Positions 34,866 through 44,281 of a DNA stretch of 64,000 nt are shown here, in pieces. The position numbers were made by a program, and so were the translations under genes. Position 1 is the stretch's first letter; each line of letters opens with the position of its first letter. The notes beneath the pieces were generated by a model. That model had not been told where the DNA came from. It saw only the letters and a list, made by a program, of their open reading frames with translations, and searched no databases. Origin of the DNA: a virus. The DNA lies in IMG/VR virus record IMGVR_UViG_3300029850_000008; one strand, 5' to 3'.

Positions 34866-37064
34866 ATGCAAGAAGGATCATTTGAATGGTATAAGGCTAT
34901 TTTTAATAGTCTTTTAAAATCTGACATGAAAAACTTTCAAAATCAAAAGGATTGTTATGATTTGCTGCTAAACATGAAAATTGATTTGAAGTTTGATGAT
35001 AAGCAGATAAAAAACTATGCTTTAAAAATCAGTCAGTATACACACAAAATGGCAGATTATATGGCCGGAATGACTGGAAGTGGACAATTTGATGAATTGT
35101 ATTGGAATTTACTTCTGTTCGAAGCCCCGGATCTTCTGGATTCCTATTGTCTGTATGTTGAGAAAGATAGAAAACCTCAAGAACGCTTTTACCAGCCAAG
35201 AAGAAAAACCTTGATAAAGGTTGTGAACTTGTTACAGCGGTTGGAAGATGACGAACTGGACGAAGGATTTGTACACATGCCAGCACGTGTCGGAAAACTG
35301 ATTTCCAATGATACTCCTGTTTTCACAAAAGATGGATGGAAAAAGCATGGAGAATTAAAACTGGGAGATAAGGTTATTGGAAGTGATGGAAATTTTACTA
35401 CGGTTATTTGTGTTCATCCAAAATATCATACAACTCATACCGTAGAATTTTCTGATGGAACAAAAATTGAATGCCACTTTAGGCATGAATGGACTGTATA
35501 CGATTCACTTGGGAAACGATGGATTACAACAGAAACAAAAAATCTTATAAAGAGCCAAACCTATGGATTTTTTAAAGAACGATATTTTCTTCCAATAGTT
35601 TCAACAAATTTGGACTTAAAAGTACCATTAGTTCAAGAAAAAAGATCAATCAAATCTATTAGGAAGAGCAATCCAAAACAAGGTAACTGTATTACGGTTT
35701 CAAATAGCGATGGTTTGTATCTGGTTGGAAAAACAATGATTCCAACGCATAACACGCAGATCATTACACTTGGTATGAGCTGGCATTGTTGCCGAAATAC
35801 AGAGAAAAGCAATCTTTATTGTTCCTACAAAGAAGATGCTGGAGGAGCATTTCTTGATGGTGTAAAAGAAATCTGGACAGATCCTATATATCGTCATGTA
35901 GATGTGTTCCCTAAAGCACAGATTGTTGATACGGATGCAAAAGCAAACACGATTGATCTGGAACGCAAGAAAAAATACAAGTCTCTGTCTGGAAAAGGCC
36001 TTACTTCTGGATTGAATGGATTGTATGATGCAAATGGTTGGTTGGTTGCTGATGATATTTTATCTGGAATTGAGGACGTGTTAAGTCCAGATGTTTTAGC
36101 AAGAAAACAGATGCTGTTCGATAACAACCTTATGAAAAGAAAAAAAGAACAGTGCAAGGTTCTTTATAACGGAACAATTTGGAGTCTCCATGATATTTAT
36201 ATGGATCGTGTAAACTTCCTGGAAACAGATCCAGAAGCAAAAGATGTAAGATGGGAAGTTCTGAAGATCCCTGCTCTTGACCCAGAAACCGATGAAAGTA
36301 ACTTCGACTATGATTATGGAGTAGGATTCAGCACAAAATACTACAGAATGGAACGTGCAAAATTTGAAGCAAATGACGATATGGCTTCATGGTTTGCACA
36401 GTGTCAACAAGAACCGATAGAACGTGATGGAGCGGTATTTAATCCGGAGCATATGAATTTTTATAATGGTGTTCTTCCAGACGAAATTCCATTGAAAATA
36501 GTCGCTGCATGTGATGTGGCTCTTGGTGGAACGGACTTTCTTTCCATGCCAGTTGCCTATGTATATGAAGATGGATCTGTTTATATTCATGATGTGGTAT
36601 TTGACAGTAGTGAGAAGTCAGTAACTCAGCCTAAAGTAGTAGATTGTTTGATCAGGAACAATGTTACAAATTCCTTTTTCGAAGCAAACAATGGTGGAGA
36701 GGGATACAAAGATGATATTGATAGGTTGTTAAAAGAGAGAGGACACAAGATTAATCTGGTATCAAAATTTGCACAACAGATGATTGTCAACGCTGGAAAG
36801 GGTGGATCAAAAACTGCGCAGCGGAAAGAACAAAGAATCTGGGACAATGCACAGACAATCAGAAGCTTTTATTTCCGGGACTCCGGACATCAAAGCCTGG
36901 AATACCGAAAATTTATGAATCAGCTTTATTCTTTTACTGTAAACGGTAAAAATAAGCATGATGATAGCCCAGATAGTTTGGCAGCATTAGCAGTATTTTT
37001 AAATAAGGGTAGTGGAACTCAAACAACTCAAGTAGTGTCAAGTCCTTTTGGACGTAGGAGGTAA
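34866..37064 (+). CDS. terL: Terminase large subunit, intein-containing
   Basis: Position before portal; P-loop PARVGK/T split by insert; size 732 aa = 580-aa extein + 152-aa insert. Confidence 0.8.
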   Translation: MQEGSFEWYKAIFNSLLKSDMKNFQNQKDCYDLLLNMKIDLKFDDKQIKNYALKISQYTHKMADYMAGMTGSGQFDELYWNLLLFEAPDLLDSYCLYVEKDRKPQERFYQPRRKTLIKVVNLLQRLEDDELDEGFVHMPARVGKLISNDTPVFTKDGWKKHGELKLGDKVIGSDGNFTTVICVHPKYHTTHTVEFSDGTKIECHFRHEWTVYDSLGKRWITTETKNLIKSQTYGFFKERYFLPIVSTNLDLKVPLVQEKRSIKSIRKSNPKQGNCITVSNSDGLYLVGKTMIPTHNTQIITLGMSWHCCRNTEKSNLYCSYKEDAGGAFLDGVKEIWTDPIYRHVDVFPKAQIVDTDAKANTIDLERKKKYKSLSGKGLTSGLNGLYDANGWLVADDILSGIEDVLSPDVLARKQMLFDNNLMKRKKEQCKVLYNGTIWSLHDIYMDRVNFLETDPEAKDVRWEVLKIPALDPETDESNFDYDYGVGFSTKYYRMERAKFEANDDMASWFAQCQQEPIERDGAVFNPEHMNFYNGVLPDEIPLKIVAACDVALGGTDFLSMPVAYVYEDGSVYIHDVVFDSSEKSVTQPKVVDCLIRNNVTNSFFEANNGGEGYKDDIDRLLKERGHKINLVSKFAQQMIVNAGKGGSKTAQRKEQRIWDNAQTIRSFYFRDSGHQSLEYRKFMNQLYSFTVNGKNKHDDSPDSLAALAVFLNKGSGTQTTQVVSSPFGRRR
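35298..35753 (+). mobile_element. Mini-intein (152 aa, class-3-like) in the TerL Walker A motif
   Basis: LISNDTPVF (block A), GTKIECHFRHEW (block B, H and W), GNCITVSNSDGLYLVG (block F, C), MIPTHN/T (block G); excision gives PARVGKT. Confidence 0.75.
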
Positions 37065-37069
37065 TAATC

Positions 37070-37480
37070 ATGAACAAACGCAAAGCCAGATATAAAGATT
37101 ACGATATTACGCCAAAGAGAAAGAAAGAATTAGAGGGATTTTGCGAACAATATCCAGAATGGAAAGATGAGTTAATCATTAACCGTATTTCTCCAAAGGG
37201 GCAGAAAATTACTGGAATGCCATATTCCAGGACAAATGAAACCAGTGATGAAACCGCCATGTTGGCAATCAGAAGAGCTGAAATTCAAGAAAAGATTGAT
37301 TTGATTGAAAACATTGCCAAGGAAGTAGATCCAGATATTTGGACATACATTATTAAGTCGGTATGCTATTTGAAACCATATCCATATTTGAGAAATGTTA
37401 TGGGAATTCCGTGTTCTCCGGCGGCACTCGCAGACCGGAGAAGATATTTCTTTTGTCTGTTGAATTTAAGAAAAAAGTGA
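37070..37480 (+). CDS. Possible ArpU/RinA-like late regulator (weak)
   Basis: Size and ..ITGMPYSRTNETSDETAMLAIRRAEIQEKIDLIE.. resemble ArpU-type proteins. Confidence 0.3.
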   Translation: MNKRKARYKDYDITPKRKKELEGFCEQYPEWKDELIINRISPKGQKITGMPYSRTNETSDETAMLAIRRAEIQEKIDLIENIAKEVDPDIWTYIIKSVCYLKPYPYLRNVMGIPCSPAALADRRRYFFCLLNLRKK

Positions 37481-37563
37481 GTTTTTAAACGGTATTAAAC
37501 TGTATTATAATACTATTGTGAAAAAATAAAATTGCGTTTGGAGAATATCCAGACGCTTTTTTC
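37477..37563 (+). promoter_or_regulatory. Late-box 1: GTGAGTTTTTAAAC-N15-TATAAT followed by intrinsic terminator
   Basis: Box 37477-37490, TATAAT 37506-37511, hairpin 37534-37556 + TTTTTTC. Confidence 0.55.
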
Positions 37564-37600
37564 TTTGCAAAAACTATGAGAAGGGAGAAATATCTGACAC

Positions 37601-39148
37601 ATGAGAGCAACAATAGAAGACATAAAAATTCGGGAAAAACTTCGTGGCAGAAGGAAGATTTTCACTAGCTATAAAGTTATCACGAAGGACAATTTGCTTG
37701 ATGTATTGACGAAAGCAAAATCTACACATATGCTGAATGTTGCAGAAATGAACTTTCTCATAGATTACGAAAGAGGGAACCAACCACTTCTGAGAGATAA
37801 GATTATAAGACCAGAAATTGATATTGAGGTTAATAGTAATCTTGCGAACTATATCAAGGAATTCAAGATAGGTTATGTTTGGAGCAGCCCTGCGATGCTG
37901 GTGCAACGAGGAAACCAGGAGATGCATGAGACATCTTCGGATAGTGATGACTCTGGTATTAATGCCTTGAATGAATCTCTGATCAATGGATCTAATATGG
38001 GAAGATTGGAACAGTCTATGGCTGAATTCGTGGAAATCTGCGGAATTGGTCACAGAATGGTTGATGTGAAATCATCCGACTGGGAAGATGGTCAACTCGC
38101 AGAGATCTACACGTTAGATTCCAGATATGCTTTTAATGTGTATTGGAATGGTCCGGGACAGAAAAAGGTCTTAAGCGTGTCATACTATGAAGATGATGTT
38201 GATGATAAAACATATTTTACTTGTATAACGGACGATATGCGATATGAGGTTGTCAACGATGAGATTGTTGATATGATGCCTAATCCGCTTGGAAAGTGTT
38301 CTATTGTGGAATACGAAAGAACCTTTGACCGTACTGGATGCTTTGAAAGGGAAATTCCAAGAATGGATTCCTTGAATATCCTGCTTTCTGATTTTACCAA
38401 TGATGTAGCACAAAGAACGCAGGAAGTTTGGTGGGGAGACAATATTGATTTTAAGCAGGATGAAAAAGGGAATCGTATTGAACCGCAAAGCGGAGATTGG
38501 GTTCTAACTTATAGTGGAGAAGGGAAAACAGCAAAAATCCAGCCGCTTTCAAGTTCATTTGATGGAAGTAGTACTTTAAATGCTATTTCAAGTGCCAGAA
38601 ATGAGATTTTGCAGGATTGCAAAGTACCAATTCAGTATGATAGTGCTGGTGGTGGATCTACGGGAACTGCTATGGATATGGGAAGCGGATGGAGCGCAAC
38701 AGAACTGGATGCTATGAAAGAGCAGCAGATGATTGAAGCTGGAAAACGTGAAGAACTAGACCTAATAATTAGGGCAATTCAAAAAGTTCCAGAAAGAATT
38801 CTTCCGCTTGATGATCCGATAAGATCTGTGCATTTAACGGACGTGAACTTCCATTTTACAAGAAGAAAGAGCCTTGATATGAGCATTAAAGCTAATACGT
38901 TTTCAACGTACTTTAACGCTGGAGTTCATCCGAGACATATTTTACAAGCTGTTGACGCTTTCCCGGATAATGAGCAGGTATATCTTGATTCCAAAGATAT
39001 GTTTGATGCTTTACAGAAAAAAATGGTATCAGATACATCAATGGAAAATACAGATGATGCTGCGAATACATCAAGTGATCCAATAAATCAGATTGGACAG
39101 TCTCCACTTCTTGATGGAATGAACACAGACCGATCAACGGTTGTATAG
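37601..39148 (+). CDS. Portal protein (SPP1 gp6-like)
   Basis: Size, position after TerL, acidic C-terminus. Confidence 0.75.
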   Translation: MRATIEDIKIREKLRGRRKIFTSYKVITKDNLLDVLTKAKSTHMLNVAEMNFLIDYERGNQPLLRDKIIRPEIDIEVNSNLANYIKEFKIGYVWSSPAMLVQRGNQEMHETSSDSDDSGINALNESLINGSNMGRLEQSMAEFVEICGIGHRMVDVKSSDWEDGQLAEIYTLDSRYAFNVYWNGPGQKKVLSVSYYEDDVDDKTYFTCITDDMRYEVVNDEIVDMMPNPLGKCSIVEYERTFDRTGCFEREIPRMDSLNILLSDFTNDVAQRTQEVWWGDNIDFKQDEKGNRIEPQSGDWVLTYSGEGKTAKIQPLSSSFDGSSTLNAISSARNEILQDCKVPIQYDSAGGGSTGTAMDMGSGWSATELDAMKEQQMIEAGKREELDLIIRAIQKVPERILPLDDPIRSVHLTDVNFHFTRRKSLDMSIKANTFSTYFNAGVHPRHILQAVDAFPDNEQVYLDSKDMFDALQKKMVSDTSMENTDDAANTSSDPINQIGQSPLLDGMNTDRSTVV

Positions 39149-39158
39149 GTGATGGCTT

Positions 39159-39794
39159 ATGATTGGTGCTAGAAGCTTCGATGAAGTGAATGATCTGGTT
39201 ACAAATAAGCGTGGAATAGATTTTGAAGAATATTTTTCCACGATGGATATTTCAAACGGAGAAAAGGAAAAGCGTGTTGAATTGGCAAAAAGATTAAATG
39301 ATCAGTTTCTTGTAATTGTTTCTTTGCTTTTTATGGCTCAGAAATATAGTACAAACGATTATGAATTGATTAGAAATAAATTTGTTGATATGTACAAGAA
39401 TGCGATATTGGGTGTGATTGCTATAGATTCCTATATGAGCGATTATATAGAACAGATATCGCACGATGTCATAGATTCAACATTGAATAATCCAGATGAT
39501 CCATACTATGTTTCACCGGACAGAGCAGTGTTCATGGCAGAAAATGAATCAAATACTTGCTGGAATCATCAAGAGTTTGAAGATGCCATCGAAAACGGAG
39601 CAACAAAAAAACAATGGATTGATATAAGGGATAAAAGAGAAAGAAAAACGCACATAGAAGTTGGCGGAAAAATAAAACCAATACAAGAACCATTTGCAGT
39701 TGGAGATTCACTTTTAGATTATCCGAAAGATACAAAATATGGTGCCGATGCAAAAGAAATTGTAAATTGCAGATGCTCCATTCGATATTTTTAA
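39159..39794 (+). CDS. Minor head protein (SPP1 gp7 / Mu F-like)
   Basis: Position after portal; C-terminal ..IVNCRCSI.. Confidence 0.6.
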   Translation: MIGARSFDEVNDLVTNKRGIDFEEYFSTMDISNGEKEKRVELAKRLNDQFLVIVSLLFMAQKYSTNDYELIRNKFVDMYKNAILGVIAIDSYMSDYIEQISHDVIDSTLNNPDDPYYVSPDRAVFMAENESNTCWNHQEFEDAIENGATKKQWIDIRDKRERKTHIEVGGKIKPIQEPFAVGDSLLDYPKDTKYGADAKEIVNCRCSIRYF

Positions 39795-39895
39795 AATTAC
39801 AGGCATTGCCTGTTTTTATATTGTCCGAGAGAACGGACATTAATATCACACAAAACGCAGAGAAGCGTATAAACACAGAAAGGTAGGATTTTGAT

Positions 39896-40555
39896 ATGAA
39901 ATACATGAATAATCATTTTGGTCAGAGTAGAATTTTTGGAAAGGCTAGATTTATGGCTGAACCAGCCGGAGATATTGGTGGCGATGATCCTGGATCAAGT
40001 GGTGGAGGATCTGGAAACGGAGGATCTGATGATGACAAACCATCGGTTGAGGAACTGATGGCAAGACTCGCAAAAGCAGAATCTGATAACCAGAAGAATA
40101 AACTGGCACTTGATAAAGCACTAAAAGAAAAAGGAGAAATCACTAAACAGTATCGGCAAACAATGACCGCTCAAGAACAGGCGGAAATTGCGAAGAAAGA
40201 AGCAGATGAAGCCAAAGATGCGAGAATCAAAGAGCTGGAAACCAAGATGCTTATTGGTGAGTATACAGAAAAAGGAATGGATGCTGCTATTGGCATGGAC
40301 AAAAACACAGCCAAAGAATTCGCCACATCTCTTACATCTGGAGATGTAGAAAAAGCATTTGAGTCCCTTGGAAATCATATCAAATCTTTAAAGGCTAAAT
40401 GGGAAGAGGATTTTTATGCAAGCCGACCAGATATTAAGGCTGGAAACGGTGATGGAAAAGATCAGGAAACACTGGCAATGAAAAAAGCCAAAGAGTACGC
40501 AGAAGCACATAAAAATTCCAAAGCCAATCAGGATGTATTGAAACATTATCTTTAA
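39896..40555 (+). CDS. Scaffolding protein
   Basis: Gly-rich N-terminus then long charged coiled-coil; position before capsid gene. Confidence 0.55.
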   Translation: MKYMNNHFGQSRIFGKARFMAEPAGDIGGDDPGSSGGGSGNGGSDDDKPSVEELMARLAKAESDNQKNKLALDKALKEKGEITKQYRQTMTAQEQAEIAKKEADEAKDARIKELETKMLIGEYTEKGMDAAIGMDKNTAKEFATSLTSGDVEKAFESLGNHIKSLKAKWEEDFYASRPDIKAGNGDGKDQETLAMKKAKEYAEAHKNSKANQDVLKHYL

Positions 40556-40574
40556 TTTTTAAGGAGGTTTAACC

Positions 40575-40985
40575 ATGGCAAGAGGTGACATGAAGATGAC
40601 TAAGATTTCTGTTAATTTAGAAACAGAAATCTTGAATCGCAAAGAATTTGAAGCAACTCCAATGACCATTGATTTTGCTGACGTTACTGATACGGCAGAC
40701 AATGGAGAAAAGATTGTAAAAGCTGGAATGCCGATTGATAAGGACGGAAAACCAGTTAAGACAACACCGTGGACTGGTGCGGTTGGAATTTTGCTGCACG
40801 ATGCATACGAGAGCAGACCACAACAGCAGATTTTAAAGAAAGCATATATTAATGTAACCAGAGCAAAGGCAAATTGTGGATTAACATACGATGCGGCTCT
40901 TGTTGCTGCTATGGTAAACGCTGGTTGCAGAATCGTATTTGAGGAAGGAACTTTAGTGGGAACAGTTCCAGCAGCAGGATCATAA
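40575..40985 (+). CDS. Head-associated protein (decoration?)
   Basis: Strong RBS TAAGGAGG; between scaffold and capsid genes. Confidence 0.4.
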   Translation: MARGDMKMTKISVNLETEILNRKEFEATPMTIDFADVTDTADNGEKIVKAGMPIDKDGKPVKTTPWTGAVGILLHDAYESRPQQQILKKAYINVTRAKANCGLTYDAALVAAMVNAGCRIVFEEGTLVGTVPAAGS

Positions 40986-41058
40986 TAAAATTACCGATCG
41001 CTTGAAACATAAGAGGTTGCTGACCCCTAACAGTTATGGGGTGGAAAGGAGTTAAGAA

Positions 41059-42126
41059 ATGAGATTTACAGATGTATTTTCTGCACAGTCTATCGCATTT
41101 AGATGGACCGTTGATGCAAGCAATGCGGTTCCGTTTTTAGGAACCATATGGTTTCCAAACAAAAGAAAAAATGGTATTACTTTGAAATGGATTAAGGGGC
41201 ATAAGGGAGTAGGAGTTGCATTAAAGCCGTCTTCTTTTGATGCATTAGCTACTATCAGACCAAGAGCTGGAGTTACAACTCTGGAACAGGAAATGCCTTT
41301 ATTTAGAGAGTCTATGACTGTCAAAGAACATGACCTTATGGAGTTAGAGAGAATCAAAGACTCTAATGATTCATATCTGGACGATGTGATTGAGCATGTA
41401 TACAATGATACTGGTGAGCTGATTGATGGTGCGGAAATCTCTGCTGAAAGAATGAGAATGCAGTTACTGGCTCCGGCAGTTGGAGAGATGCAGATTTCTG
41501 TAGGACTGGCCGACAACACTGCATATATCTATGATTATGACAGTGATGATTCCTGGAAAGGAACTCATTATGCATCTTTATCCGGAAACGCAACATGGGA
41601 TAATGCAGCAACAGCAAAACCATTAAAAGATATCAGAACTGGTGTTGAGGCATTGACTGATATCGGAGTTGTTGCCACATACGCATTAATGAACAGTAAG
41701 ACATTTGATTATCTTCTGGAAAATGCTCAAATGAAAAATGCATTAATTACTACTTCTGGTGTTAATGTAGATTTTATGACAAAAGATAAATTAAAAGAGC
41801 TGTTCAGAAGCATGACTGGTCTGATCCCGGTACTGTACGATAAGAAATATAAGGATTATGATGGAACAACCAAAAAGTTTTATCCAGATGATTATGTTAC
41901 AATCATTGGAGATGGAGAACTTGGTAACACTTGGTTTGGTGTTACTCCAGAAGAGAGAACTTTAAGGGAAGATTCCAACGTAGACGTAAGCGTGATGGAT
42001 AATGGAATTGCAGTTGCTGTGCAGACCGTATATGGTCCGCCTGTTCAGTACAATACAACAGCTTCCATGATTGCTCTTCCATCTTTTGAAGGCATGGATG
42101 AAATCTATGTTATCAAAGTGAAATAG
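41059..42126 (+). CDS. Major capsid protein
   Basis: Size (355 aa), position, strong RBS. Confidence 0.65.
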   Translation: MRFTDVFSAQSIAFRWTVDASNAVPFLGTIWFPNKRKNGITLKWIKGHKGVGVALKPSSFDALATIRPRAGVTTLEQEMPLFRESMTVKEHDLMELERIKDSNDSYLDDVIEHVYNDTGELIDGAEISAERMRMQLLAPAVGEMQISVGLADNTAYIYDYDSDDSWKGTHYASLSGNATWDNAATAKPLKDIRTGVEALTDIGVVATYALMNSKTFDYLLENAQMKNALITTSGVNVDFMTKDKLKELFRSMTGLIPVLYDKKYKDYDGTTKKFYPDDYVTIIGDGELGNTWFGVTPEERTLREDSNVDVSVMDNGIAVAVQTVYGPPVQYNTTASMIALPSFEGMDEIYVIKVK

Positions 42127-42138
42127 GAGGCCCAGCAA

Positions 42139-42318
42139 ATGAAGTATGACCACATTGTAAATTACAATGGAGTCTATTATAAAGCTGGCGAGGATGTACC
42201 AGATGAGTTAACGGGAGATGGGAACGAAAGTTCTTGTCTCCCTAATTCCTTTAATGTAGATGATGAAGTTACGGAGTCAACTACGCCAAAAAGAGGAAGG
42301 CCTAAGAAACATCAATAG
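42139..42318 (+). CDS. Small protein with AT-hook-like KRGRPKK tail (59 aa)
   Basis: ATG 42139 to TAG 42316-42318, just below ORF-track cutoff. Confidence 0.4.
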   Translation: MKYDHIVNYNGVYYKAGEDVPDELTGDGNESSCLPNSFNVDDEVTESTTPKRGRPKKHQ

Positions 42319-42329
42319 AGGTGACGAAC

Positions 42330-42674
42330 ATGGAAAATCAACTACTCAAAGAACTTATTCTGTATATCGGACCAGATTATACTCCAGATCAAGATTCATT
42401 TTTGCTTCTTCTAGTCAATGATGCAATAGAAGAGGTTTGCAACGAAATGTTTCCATATGGATTTTCTTCTGATGAAGAAAAAGAAAAAGGGAAGAATCTT
42501 GCAATCAAACGATATGGAAGTGTTATTCGGAAGATTGCACAGTACCATTACGATAAACAAGGAAAAGAAGGGTTAGTTGGTTTTTCAGAAAGTGGAACTT
42601 CTGTTTCTTATGAGAGTGCTGGTACGCCAACCAGTTATTTAAGAAGCGTTATTCCGGTGTCCTTGATTATTTAA
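42330..42674 (+). CDS. Head-tail connector (gp6-like)
   Basis: ..LLKELILYIGPDYTPDQDSFLLLLVNDAIEEV.. typical connector N-terminus. Confidence 0.5.
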   Translation: MENQLLKELILYIGPDYTPDQDSFLLLLVNDAIEEVCNEMFPYGFSSDEEKEKGKNLAIKRYGSVIRKIAQYHYDKQGKEGLVGFSESGTSVSYESAGTPTSYLRSVIPVSLII

Positions 42675-42780
42675 AAAGATGGTACGTGGTACGGTGCCCT
42701 CCCATCCGTATTGCTGGGATGTTTCGTGAGGTGGTGGGGAGAAACATATCTTTTGACTAACCTGGGAGAGCGAGGTAAAA

Positions 42781-43095
42781 ATGATGGGATGTGAAAGTGA
42801 TTGCCCAAATCTTCACCGTTTGCAGAGCCTAGAAGAAGATTACCATGCGTTCAAAGAAAAAAATTCTGCTGATCACAAAGAATTTTATAATAGAATTGAA
42901 ATGCTGGAAAAAGAAAGTGCTTTGCATAAGAATGATTTAGAACATATCAAGGAAACGGTGGATGAAGTAAATACAAATGTGAAAAGTCTCATGGCAATGC
43001 CAGGGAAACGATATGAAACTTTGATTGTGTCAGTTATAACCGCTCTTGCAGGTGCATTTGTCGGTTTTTTGTTAAGCGGTAATATCCCTGTTTAA
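42781..43095 (+). CDS. XhlA-like membrane protein
   Basis: N-terminal CP..H motif, coiled coil, single C-terminal TM helix as in PBSX XhlA. Confidence 0.5.
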   Translation: MMGCESDCPNLHRLQSLEEDYHAFKEKNSADHKEFYNRIEMLEKESALHKNDLEHIKETVDEVNTNVKSLMAMPGKRYETLIVSVITALAGAFVGFLLSGNIPV

Positions 43096-43127
43096 AACAG
43101 GAAATTCCACTTCGGGAGGGACGTGGA

Positions 43128-43370
43128 ATGGAAGACTACAGAGATTTTACAGAAGATGAGAGAAGTTTTTATTTGCATGAAGCTGGATTTGATTCCAGAG
43201 AATCAATGCTTTTCCGATTGCGAGTCTATGATGAAAAAACATTATGGGAGGCAGCGGAGATTATGGGATATAGTTCTAGGACTATTGACCGAATAAATAG
43301 AAAAATGAAAAAGAAGATTATTCGATGCGCCCCGATGTATTATCGGGGCGTTTCTTTGCAATGGAAATAA
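43128..43370 (+). CDS. Small sigma-70 region-4-like HTH protein
   Basis: ..TLWEAAEIMGYSSRTIDRINRKM.. Confidence 0.45.
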   Translation: MEDYRDFTEDERSFYLHEAGFDSRESMLFRLRVYDEKTLWEAAEIMGYSSRTIDRINRKMKKKIIRCAPMYYRGVSLQWK

Positions 43371-43408
43371 AATAAATGGCGTATAGATGACGTGCTTTTG
43401 TCGATATA

Positions 43409-43443
43409 GTGGCGTTTAAACTTCTTTATATAAGGCTTATAAT
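43409..43443 (+). promoter_or_regulatory. Late-box 4: GTGGCGTTTAAAC-N16-TATAAT
   Basis: Same 29-nt offset between GTG and the -10 as boxes 1-3. Confidence 0.45.
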
Positions 43444-43473
43444 AGTCTTATCAAGATAGGGGAGGGACAGAAC

Positions 43474-43968
43474 ATGATGCAACCATATATGTATCCACAA
43501 TATCAACAGACGATGCCTCCATATGATAGATTGACTCAGTTACAGTCAAATTACCAGGCAGCAATGGCACCATACGCACAGATGCAGCAACAAGCACAAG
43601 TGCCGATTCAGCCAATTATGCAACCAAACCAATTTCTTTCTGGACAAATGGTTGACAGTATTGAATCAGTAAAGGCGAAAGATGTGGATATGTCTGGAAA
43701 CCCTGTTTACTATCCAAAAACAGATGGATCAGAGATTTACAGAAAACAGTTGCAAGCAGATGGAAGAAGCCGAATTTTTGTTTATCGACTAATAAATCCA
43801 GATCAGCAACAGGTTCAAGATGAACCAAAGCAGGTCGATATCGTTGCATTGTTTGACCAACTTAGAAATGATGTTCACTCTGAAATTTCTGGACTTAGAG
43901 AATTAGTTGGATCGCAAATGGTACCATTAAATAATACCTCCAAAGAAAAAGGAGGTGTATCAAAATGA
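43474..43968 (+). CDS. Gln/Pro/Met/Tyr-rich protein
   Basis: MMQPYMYPQYQQTMPPY..QMQQQAQVPIQPIMQPNQ low-complexity N-terminus. Confidence 0.55.
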   Translation: MMQPYMYPQYQQTMPPYDRLTQLQSNYQAAMAPYAQMQQQAQVPIQPIMQPNQFLSGQMVDSIESVKAKDVDMSGNPVYYPKTDGSEIYRKQLQADGRSRIFVYRLINPDQQQVQDEPKQVDIVALFDQLRNDVHSEISGLRELVGSQMVPLNNTSKEKGGVSK

Positions 43969-44204
43969 TGAATCCAATGCAGATGATTCAGATGATTAGA
44001 GGTTCCGGAAATCCTCAACAGATGATGATGAACATGATAAAACAAAATTCCAGTTCTAACCCAATGTTGAGTAATGCCATGAAAATGATGGAAAATGGAA
44101 ACACTTCTGGAGTTGAGGACATGGTGAAAAATATATGTAAAGATAAAGGAATTGATCCAAACGATGTTATGAAAGCAACTAAAAATATGTTTGGAATGAA
44201 ATAA
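43965..44204 (+). CDS. Met/Asn-rich small protein
   Basis: MMNPMQMIQMIRGSGNPQQMMMNMIKQ.. Confidence 0.5.
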   Translation: MMNPMQMIQMIRGSGNPQQMMMNMIKQNSSSNPMLSNAMKMMENGNTSGVEDMVKNICKDKGIDPNDVMKATKNMFGMK

Positions 44205-44281
44205 TCGCCTACAAGATTAAAAGAGCCGCGGACTTTTGATTTTTGTATATATTTATGAAAAATCAATAGGAGGTAAACACT

